Shown: piece after piece, positions 48,231-55,787 of the stretch
Layout: each line of letters begins with the position of its first letter
Position numbering within the stretch: position 1 is the first letter of the stretch
IMG/VR virus record: IMGVR_UViG_3300035670_005636
Direction: 5' to 3' (one strand)
DNA length: 64,000 bases
Origin: an uncultured virus (IMG/VR IMGVR_UViG_3300035670_005636)
Lineage: Duplodnaviria > Heunggongvirae > Uroviricota > Caudoviricetes
The notes under the pieces: generated by a model
Databases searched by the model: none
The model's input: the letters and a program-made list of their open reading frames with translations, nothing else
What the model was told of the DNA's origin: nothing
Position numbers and translations under genes: made by a program

Positions 48231-50247
48231 AAACAATCATGGCAATCTACATATACCCAGATAGAATTCAGTTTTCAACATACGCACTTCGCTTAGATGA
48301 TTATGGACTGCGTGTTACAAATTCTACATCATCGACAGTCAACGGAACATTTACTGCTGTCAGTGTACAAGGTGTTTCACCTCTTGAAGGTACTGTGAGT
48401 GGTTATACGAGTGGTGGTTATGTGCAACCGACCATCCTCAACACCATTGACAAGTTTCCTTTTGCGACAGATGGTAATGCTAGCGATGTTGGTGATTTGA
48501 CTGTGGCTAGATATAGTGCAGCAGGGCAATCATCAACAGTTTCTGGCTACTCAAGTGGTGGTTCTGCACCATCAAGCACCACCAACACCATCGACAAGTT
48601 TCCTTTTGCGTCAAACGCTAACGCTACAGACGTTGGTGATTTGAGTGTGATTAGATTTCGTGTAGCAGGGCAATCTTCAACAGTTTCTGGTTATACAAGT
48701 GGCGGTACGTTACCAATAACCAACGTCATCGACAAGTTTCCTTTTGCAACCAATGCGAATGCATCAGACGTTGGTGATTTGACTGTGGCTAGATCCTCAT
48801 TAGCAGGTCAATCTTCAACAGTTTCAGGTTATTCAAGTGGTGGTTTAGTACCACCATTAAGCAACGTCATTGACAAGTTTCCTTTTGCATCGAATGCTAA
48901 CGCAACTGATGTTGGTGATTTGACTGTGGCGGGTAGATATGGTTCAGGGCAATCTTCAACAGTTTCAGGATATACAAGTGGTGGTGATACACCAGCAACC
49001 GTCAACACCATCGACAAGTTTTCTTTTGCGACAGATGGTAATGCTACAGACGTTGGTGATTTGACTGTGGCTAGAGAGCAATCAGCTGGACAATCTTCAA
49101 CGGTTTCAGGATATACAAGTGGTGGTTATTTGCCACCAAACACCAACGTCATCGACAAGTTTCCTTTTGCGTCAAACGCTAACGCTACAGACGTTGGTGA
49201 TTTGACTCAGGCTAAACGAAATGTGACAGGTCAACAAGATTAAATCTTAACATAATACATACAAAAATGGCAATTCGAATTCTTTCAAACAATATAAAAA
49301 TAGGTGATTATACACTCTCTGAAAATGCTAATGGCATTTTCTTTGATGGCACTGCGAGATTTTCTTCGACGATTGATATGGCGGGTAGATATATAGGCGG
49401 CACTGTGAGTGGTTATACAAGTGGTGGTTTAGTACCACCATTAAGCAACGTCATCGACAAGTTTCCTTTTGCGACAGATGGTAATGCTAGCGATGTTGGT
49501 GATTTGACTGTGGCTAGACGTGGTGGTGCAGGGCAATCATCAACAGTTTCTGGATATACAAGTGGTGGTTATTCACCAGCCACCAACACCATCGACAAGT
49601 TTCCTTTTGCTTCAAACGCTAACGCTACAGACGTTGGTGATTTGACTGTAGCTAGATTTCTTATAGCAGGTCAATCTTCGTCAGTTTCTGGCTACTCAAG
49701 TGGTGGTACACCACCATCCACCAACGTCATCGACAAGTTTCCTTTTGCTTCAAACGCTAACGCTACAGACGTTGGTGATTTGACTGTTATTAGATGGAAT
49801 GCAGCAGGTCAATCTTCGTCAGTTTCTGGCTACTCAAGTGGTGGTTTTGCGCCACCTCAGGTAAACACCATCGACAAGTTTCCTTTTGCTACAGATGGTA
49901 ATGCATCAGACGTTGGTGATTTGACTGTGGCTAGATATGTTGGTGGTGATGGTCAATCTTCAACAGTTTCTGGTTATACAAGTGGTGGATATGGTCCTAC
50001 CAACTCCAACGTCATCGACAAGTTTCCTTTTGCTACAGATGGTAATGCATCAGACGTTGGTGATTTGACTGTGGCTAGATATTGGACGGCAGGGCAATCG
50101 TCAACAGTTTCAGGATATATAAGTGGTGGGCGGGTAGCCCCGCCAATCGTCAATACCATCGACAAGTTTCCCTTTTCAACCAATGCGAATGCTACTGATG
50201 TTGGTGATTTGACTCAGGGTAGATATGGTGCAGCAGGGCAACAAGTC
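47350..50247 (+). repeat. 18 coding repeats of ~140 nt (cluster B)
   Basis: Same DNA blocks as cluster A. Confidence 0.95.
48239..49243 (+). CDS. six-repeat Kelch-like beta-propeller protein, paralogue 5
   Basis: Six repeats. Confidence 0.8.
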   Translation: MAIYIYPDRIQFSTYALRLDDYGLRVTNSTSSTVNGTFTAVSVQGVSPLEGTVSGYTSGGYVQPTILNTIDKFPFATDGNASDVGDLTVARYSAAGQSSTVSGYSSGGSAPSSTTNTIDKFPFASNANATDVGDLSVIRFRVAGQSSTVSGYTSGGTLPITNVIDKFPFATNANASDVGDLTVARSSLAGQSSTVSGYSSGGLVPPLSNVIDKFPFASNANATDVGDLTVAGRYGSGQSSTVSGYTSGGDTPATVNTIDKFSFATDGNATDVGDLTVAREQSAGQSSTVSGYTSGGYLPPNTNVIDKFPFASNANATDVGDLTQAKRNVTGQQD

Positions 50248-50250
50248 TAA
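49267..50250 (+). CDS. six-repeat Kelch-like beta-propeller protein, paralogue 6
   Basis: Six repeats. Confidence 0.8.
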   Translation: MAIRILSNNIKIGDYTLSENANGIFFDGTARFSSTIDMAGRYIGGTVSGYTSGGLVPPLSNVIDKFPFATDGNASDVGDLTVARRGGAGQSSTVSGYTSGGYSPATNTIDKFPFASNANATDVGDLTVARFLIAGQSSSVSGYSSGGTPPSTNVIDKFPFASNANATDVGDLTVIRWNAAGQSSSVSGYSSGGFAPPQVNTIDKFPFATDGNASDVGDLTVARYVGGDGQSSTVSGYTSGGYGPTNSNVIDKFPFATDGNASDVGDLTVARYWTAGQSSTVSGYISGGRVAPPIVNTIDKFPFSTNANATDVGDLTQGRYGAAGQQV

Positions 50251-50296
50251 ATAGTTTTATATTTTATCATTACTTTATCATTATGGAGTTTATATC

Positions 50297-51133
50297 ATGC
50301 AAAAAATTCTCATCATGGGGCTTCCAGGTTCCGGCAAAACTTATTTCGCAGAACGGTTAAAAACTTATCTTGAACTTCACGGAGAGCGACCACTTGATAC
50401 GCTCAGTGATGCACCATTTCCTAGAATGAATGCAAGAGTTGATTGGTTCAATGCGGATGACATTCGGAAACGATTCAACGATTGGGATTTCTCAAAAGAA
50501 GGGCGCATTCGGCAATCACTGAGAATGGCAGAGTTTGCAATGCGATGCACTGGTGAATACGTCATTTGTGATTTTGTAGCACCACTGCCTGAAATGCGTC
50601 ACAATTTCAAAGCAGACTGGACAATCTGGATGGATACCATCAACACAAGTCGCTATGAAGATACAAACAAAGTCTTTACATCACCAGAAATCTATGACTT
50701 TAGAATCAACGAAAAGAATGCGGAAGTCTGGGTCCAGTATGTAGGTGAACGTATCATAGCAAACCAAAGAAGACCGATGTTTGATTGGCGCAAAGAAACT
50801 GTACAGCTACTTGGGCGCTGGCAACCTTGGCATCCTGGGCATCGTGCTTTATTTGAACGAGCATTAGCAAAAACTGGTCAAGTTTGTATCATGATTCGTG
50901 ATTGCCAAGGATGGAATGGAAGCAATCCGTTTGCGATTGAAGAAGTCAAAAATTATATCCGAAGAGACTTAGATCCACTTCATCAAGGCAAATATGAAAT
51001 TCTTGTTGTTCCAAACATTGTAAACATCACATACGGAAGAGATGTTGGCTATAAGATTGAACAAGAAGTATTTGATGAGCAAATTCATTCTATTTCAGCA
51101 ACCAAAATCCGAAAAGAAATGGGCATTGAATGA
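50297..51133 (+). CDS. adenylyl-sulfate kinase (CysC-like) fused to an HxGH nucleotidyltransferase domain
   Basis: 'GLPGSGKT', 'NADDIR...DWDFS.EGR.RQ..R', 'DFVAP', then 'GRWQPWHPGH' and C-terminal 'ISATKIR'. Confidence 0.8.
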   Translation: MQKILIMGLPGSGKTYFAERLKTYLELHGERPLDTLSDAPFPRMNARVDWFNADDIRKRFNDWDFSKEGRIRQSLRMAEFAMRCTGEYVICDFVAPLPEMRHNFKADWTIWMDTINTSRYEDTNKVFTSPEIYDFRINEKNAEVWVQYVGERIIANQRRPMFDWRKETVQLLGRWQPWHPGHRALFERALAKTGQVCIMIRDCQGWNGSNPFAIEEVKNYIRRDLDPLHQGKYEILVVPNIVNITYGRDVGYKIEQEVFDEQIHSISATKIRKEMGIE

Positions 51134-51342
51134 AACAATACCACATTCGGTTTAATACACAGCATGGTAATACTGATTTTTTCTGGAGAATTTTTGAAAA
51201 TGGCGAAGAGATTTTAGCAAAAACACTTCAAATCAATGTTCCCGTGTATGACGAATGCACTTATGAACATGGTGTAAAGAAATGGAATCTGGCTTGCAAA
51301 GGTAATTTACTATTGATTGATGGCAAAGCACTAATCTGTTAA
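51130..51342 (+). CDS. hypothetical protein
   Basis: 70-aa ORF overlapping the upstream stop codon. Confidence 0.6.
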   Translation: MKQYHIRFNTQHGNTDFFWRIFENGEEILAKTLQINVPVYDECTYEHGVKKWNLACKGNLLLIDGKALIC

Positions 51343-51344
51343 AT

Positions 51345-51352
51345 TATAAATA
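51345..51352 (+). promoter_or_regulatory. T4-type late promoter
   Basis: TATAAATA upstream of gp13. Confidence 0.8.
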
Positions 51353-51378
51353 GCCATGTTACAATTTAAGGATTTAAC

Positions 51379-52122
51379 ATGGCTAAACCTACCACAAGAG
51401 AAGACTTCAAAGAGTATTGCTTACGCAAGCTAGGCAAGCCTGTTCTTGAAATCAACGTTGATGACACACAAGTTGAAGACAGGATTGATGAAGCGTTAGC
51501 CTATTATCACGATTATCATTTTGACGGTACGCAGAAAGTTTATTTAGCGCATCCAGTCACCGCTGAAGACAAGACAAACAAATACATAACCATTCCAGAA
51601 GCAGTCATCGGCATCATTAATATATTTGATATCGGTGATTCTTACTCTACAAATAATCTGTTCAACATCCGATATCAAATTGCATTGAACGATTTGTTTG
51701 CGTTTAACTACGGACCATTTGCACCATACTACATGGCACTTCAGAATGTTGCACTTGCTGAAGAACTCTTCGTTGGTCGCCAAAGTTTACGATATAATCG
51801 CCATGTGAATAGACTTTATATTGATATGGACTGGGAAGCTAAGATTGCTACTGGCGAATATATCATTATTGAAGCATACCAGAAAGTAGATCCTGAAACA
51901 TACTCAGATGTATGGGGTGACAGATGGCTTCAACGATATGCTACAGCACTGATTAAAAAGCAGTGGGGAGATAACCTTAAGAAATTTGAAGGTCTGCAAA
52001 TGCCTGGTGGTCTAACATTCAACGGGCAAAAGATTTGGGATGAAGCGACAGACGAATTGACAACATTAGAGGCTGAAATGATTTCGTCATACTCTTTACC
52101 AGTTTCGGATATGATTGGATAA
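51379..52122 (+). CDS. 13: neck protein (gp13)
   Basis: 'YCLRKLGKPVLEINVDD.QVEDRIDEA', 'KKQWG.NL.KF.G.Q.PGG.T.NG'. Confidence 0.95.
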   Translation: MAKPTTREDFKEYCLRKLGKPVLEINVDDTQVEDRIDEALAYYHDYHFDGTQKVYLAHPVTAEDKTNKYITIPEAVIGIINIFDIGDSYSTNNLFNIRYQIALNDLFAFNYGPFAPYYMALQNVALAEELFVGRQSLRYNRHVNRLYIDMDWEAKIATGEYIIIEAYQKVDPETYSDVWGDRWLQRYATALIKKQWGDNLKKFEGLQMPGGLTFNGQKIWDEATDELTTLEAEMISSYSLPVSDMIG

Positions 52123-52124
52123 AA

Positions 52125-52940
52125 ATGGCACGCAATCGCTATTTCAATCAGTATGGTACAGCAAGTGAACAGAATGTCTATGAAGATTTGATTATAGAAT
52201 CTATCAAAATCTATGGCATAGATGCATATTACATACCAAGAACATCTGGTTATGTTGACCAGATTTATGCTGAAGACAGACTCTCACTCTTTGATGACGC
52301 AATCGCATTGGAATTGTTTGTTAAAAGTTATGACGGATTTGTAGGCCAAGAAGATTTCCTTTCAAAATTTGGCCTACAAATTGACGAACAGATTAATTTT
52401 GTCGTATCTCAAAGGCGATTTACTCAATCATTGAAAACGAGTCTCCTGACAGAATATGGATATAACCTAATTACCGAAGATGGAAACCAACTTTTGTATG
52501 ATGTATCCGATGCATGGGACTACTCATCCATTCTTCGCCCAAGAGAAGGCGATTTGATTTGGATACCTATGATGGGATACATGTACGAAATTAAGTTTAC
52601 AGAAAATATTGAGAACTTTTTTCCGCTAGGTAAACTCTACACTTATGAGATGAGATGTGACAGATACGAATACAGCAGCGAACGCATCGACACTGACGTT
52701 GCAGACATTGATGCGGTTGAAGATGACTTTTCAGAATCCACTGCACTCATTGATAATATTCTTCTTGAAGACGCTGACCAGTTACTTACTGAAGACGGTA
52801 CCATCCTGCTTCTTGAAGGTGAACACATTAAGACGGTCGATGCTGAATCCGATAACGATTACATTGCTGATAAAATTCGTGACGATGATATCATTGATTT
52901 TTCAGAAACAAATCCATTCTCATTGGTTAGGGAGTTTTAA
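52125..52940 (+). CDS. 14: neck protein (gp14)
   Basis: 'EQ...EDLIIESIKIYG.D.YYIPR', 'SKFGLQI', 'RP.EGDLI', 'DFSE.NPF'. Confidence 0.93.
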   Translation: MARNRYFNQYGTASEQNVYEDLIIESIKIYGIDAYYIPRTSGYVDQIYAEDRLSLFDDAIALELFVKSYDGFVGQEDFLSKFGLQIDEQINFVVSQRRFTQSLKTSLLTEYGYNLITEDGNQLLYDVSDAWDYSSILRPREGDLIWIPMMGYMYEIKFTENIENFFPLGKLYTYEMRCDRYEYSSERIDTDVADIDAVEDDFSESTALIDNILLEDADQLLTEDGTILLLEGEHIKTVDAESDNDYIADKIRDDDIIDFSETNPFSLVREF

Positions 52941-52942
52941 TC

Positions 52943-53668
52943 ATGATGTTCGGGCATGATTTTTATCACGGTACACTGAGAAAGTACATTGTTATGTTTG
53001 GTAATTTGTTTAATGAACTTCAGATTGAACGTTATAATGACGGTGGCACCAAAATTCAAACACTCAATGTGCCAATTGCATACGGACCTAAAGCAAAATA
53101 TATTGCACGGATCACTTCAGATCCTGATTTGAATCGTGAAATTTCTATCACATTACCGAGATTGTCATTTGAATTAACTGGTATAACTTATGCACCAGCA
53201 AGAAAGTTAAACACGGCAGTACGAATTAAAAAAGGTGTAGACACAGGCGGCACAGATTTTTCTGGAACATACGCACCAGTGCCATACGATATGGATTTTA
53301 CTTTAAGCATCATGACTAAGTATGCTGAAGATGGTATCCAATTAGTTGAAAAGATTGTACCATTTTTTACACCAGATTTTACAGTCACAGTCAAAGCATT
53401 GCCTCAACTATCATTAAATTTAGATGTTCCAATTGAATTAAATAGTATTGCTTCAAATGATAGTTATGAAGGTGATTTTGAAAGCAAACGTGTGATTACA
53501 TGGGATCTAAGTTTTACTGTGAAAGGCTATCTATTTGGTCCTGTTACAAAAACTAAGTATATTACAAGTGCTGATGTTAATTTGAAATTTATTGAGAGTG
53601 AAGAACTCATATCATCATCTAGAACAACCGGCAATTCCAACTTTGATATTACAACGACACTATCATGA
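52943..53668 (+). CDS. 15: tail sheath stabiliser/terminator (gp15)
   Basis: 'FYHGT.RKY...FG.LFN', 'VPIAYGPK.K', 'TLPRLSFE', 'K.YL.GPV'. Confidence 0.93.
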   Translation: MMFGHDFYHGTLRKYIVMFGNLFNELQIERYNDGGTKIQTLNVPIAYGPKAKYIARITSDPDLNREISITLPRLSFELTGITYAPARKLNTAVRIKKGVDTGGTDFSGTYAPVPYDMDFTLSIMTKYAEDGIQLVEKIVPFFTPDFTVTVKALPQLSLNLDVPIELNSIASNDSYEGDFESKRVITWDLSFTVKGYLFGPVTKTKYITSADVNLKFIESEELISSSRTTGNSNFDITTTLS

Positions 53669-54072
53669 AAAAACCAGTTGATGAAAAAATAAGTGATGCA
53701 TTAGACATTCCTTATATTGAAAGTAATCCTAAAGAATATCCTGTCACACCTGTTGTGGAAAAACAGAATGATTCGATTGACGATGACTTTGAATATGCTC
53801 GGGACAATCTTCGCCACTTTATTGAGCGTGGTAAAGAGGCTATGGAAGATGCTCTTTATCTGGCCAAAGACGTAGAATCTCCTAGAGCATTTGAAGTTGT
53901 CGGACAACTCATTAAAACTTTAGCAGAAACAAATAAAGATTTATTAGAACTTTCCAAGAAAGTCAAAGAAATCAAACACAAAGAAGAAGACAAGCAACCA
54001 AGTCATGTCACAAATGCTTTGTTTGTAGGCAGCACAGCAGAGTTACAAAAATTGCTCAAAGGTAATGGCTAA
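53665..54072 (+). CDS. 16: terminase small subunit (gp16)
   Basis: 'DFEYAR.NL...IE.G', 'PRAFEV..QLIK', 'NALFVGST.ELQK.LK'. Confidence 0.93.
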   Translation: MKKPVDEKISDALDIPYIESNPKEYPVTPVVEKQNDSIDDDFEYARDNLRHFIERGKEAMEDALYLAKDVESPRAFEVVGQLIKTLAETNKDLLELSKKVKEIKHKEEDKQPSHVTNALFVGSTAELQKLLKGNG

Positions 54073-55711
54073 GAAAATTTATTTAGGAAACCCGCTCCTC
54101 AAAGCAGCAGGTGTTTCAGTACCATTTACAAAAGAGAACATTGAAGAATATCTCAAGTGTTCAGGAGACTACATTTACTTTATTGAAAAGTATTGTAAAA
54201 TTGTAACGCTAGATTATGGTTTGCAGCCATTTAATCTTTACGATTGTCAGAAAGAAAAACTGGATATAATTCATAACAATCGAAAAGTCATTCTAATGGA
54301 GCCACGCCAGCAAGGTAAGACTACAACTTCAGCAGCATACATTCTATGGTACACACTCTTTCAAGGTAGCAAGACGGTTGCGATTCTTGCAAACAAAGCG
54401 ACAGCAGCACGAGAAGTTTTAGCACGTTATCAACTCATGTACGAACATCTTCCGCAGTGGTTGCAGCAAGGTGTCAAGACATGGAACAAAGGTGACATTG
54501 CACTTGAAAATGGATCAATTGTTTTCACAGCAGCAACAAGTCGCCAAGGTATTCGTGGTAAGTCTGTTAATTTATTGTATGTTGACGAAACAGCAATCAT
54601 ACCAAATAATATAGCGGAAGAATTCTTTACAGCAGTCTCGCCAACCATTTCTGCTGGCTCTACAACCAAAATTCTATTATCTTCTACACCTCTTGGATAT
54701 AATCACTTCTGGAAATTCTGGAATGATGCTGAAAAGAAAAGAAACGATTTCGTACCATTGTTTATACCATACTGGAAGATTCCTGGGCGTGATGAGAAAT
54801 GGGCTGAAGAACAGCGCAGACAGTTGGGTAATCTTAAGTTTAATCAAGAGATTCTTTGTGCATTCTTGGGATCAAGTCTCACATTGATTGATTCAGATTC
54901 TATAGCACAAATGTCAGCAGGTAGTCCAATTTACAGCAAAGATGGATTAGACATTTACGATAAAGTAGAACGTGATCATTCTTATGTGTTAGTTGCAGAC
55001 GTTGCTAAAGGTGTTGGCGGAGACTATTCAGCATTTACGGTGCTTGATGTATCTGAAATGCCTTATCGCCAAGTCGGTAAGTTCAGAGACAATACAATCA
55101 GCCCGTTATTGTATCCTTCTATGATTTATAAAGTTGCAAAAGAATATAACAATGCTTGGGTGCTGATTGAAACCAACACATCCGAACAAGTAGCAGAAAT
55201 TCTACATAGCGAATATGAATATGATAACATTATATTTGTTAACCGAACATCACAAGGTCAAGTTGTTTCAGGTGGATTTGGTGGTGGCAAGACTCAATTA
55301 GGTGTGAATACAGACAAAAAAGTAAAACGAATTGGTTGCATGAACTTTAAATCACTTGTAGAAGGTAAGAAGATGTTGATTCAGGATGCAGATACCATTG
55401 CGGAAATTTCAACATTCATTGAACGAAAAAATAGTTACAGTGCAGACGAAGGCTATCACGATGATTTAGTCATGCCTCTGGTACTTTTTTCTTGGCTTAC
55501 AACGAACCCTTATTTTAAAGAACTGACGAATACCAATATAAGAAAAGAATTATACGAACAGAGAATGAAAGCAATTGAAGATGAGGTGACTCCTTTTGGT
55601 ATTATTGATGATGGTAGGGAAGATTCTATGATAATAGATGGTTCAGGGCAAGTCTGGCAAATTGAAAACGCTATGGATCGTCAGGAAAAAGAGTTTTTTA
55701 TGAAACTGTAA
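54065..55711 (+). CDS. 17: terminase large subunit (gp17)
   Basis: 'YLGNP.LK', Walker A 'PRQQGKTT', Walker B 'LLYVDE', 'SSTP.G.NHF', nuclease 'HDDLVM'. Confidence 0.97.
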   Translation: MAKKIYLGNPLLKAAGVSVPFTKENIEEYLKCSGDYIYFIEKYCKIVTLDYGLQPFNLYDCQKEKLDIIHNNRKVILMEPRQQGKTTTSAAYILWYTLFQGSKTVAILANKATAAREVLARYQLMYEHLPQWLQQGVKTWNKGDIALENGSIVFTAATSRQGIRGKSVNLLYVDETAIIPNNIAEEFFTAVSPTISAGSTTKILLSSTPLGYNHFWKFWNDAEKKRNDFVPLFIPYWKIPGRDEKWAEEQRRQLGNLKFNQEILCAFLGSSLTLIDSDSIAQMSAGSPIYSKDGLDIYDKVERDHSYVLVADVAKGVGGDYSAFTVLDVSEMPYRQVGKFRDNTISPLLYPSMIYKVAKEYNNAWVLIETNTSEQVAEILHSEYEYDNIIFVNRTSQGQVVSGGFGGGKTQLGVNTDKKVKRIGCMNFKSLVEGKKMLIQDADTIAEISTFIERKNSYSADEGYHDDLVMPLVLFSWLTTNPYFKELTNTNIRKELYEQRMKAIEDEVTPFGIIDDGREDSMIIDGSGQVWQIENAMDRQEKEFFMKL

Positions 55712-55722
55712 AACTCGATTTT

Positions 55723-55730
55723 TATAAATA
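55723..55730 (+). promoter_or_regulatory. T4-type late promoter
   Basis: TATAAATA upstream of gp18. Confidence 0.8.
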
Positions 55731-55787
55731 AATTCAAAATGATCGTAAGATTGATAGAACATCATTATAAAAACAAGGAGAATATAA

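Noticed and set aside
37300..50247. CRISPR-like pattern of constant blocks with variable spacers
   Set aside because: The repeats are in-frame protein repeats with synonymous variation inside long ORFs; no cas genes or leader.
37179..50250. Diversity-generating retroelement (TR/VR) behind the loop variation
   Set aside because: No reverse transcriptase in the window, no non-coding template copy, and differences include indels and all bases rather than adenine-only changes. An RT elsewhere in the genome cannot be excluded.
50255..50296. Short direct repeat TTTATCATTA x2 before the CysC-like gene
   Set aside because: Too short and AT-rich to distinguish from chance.
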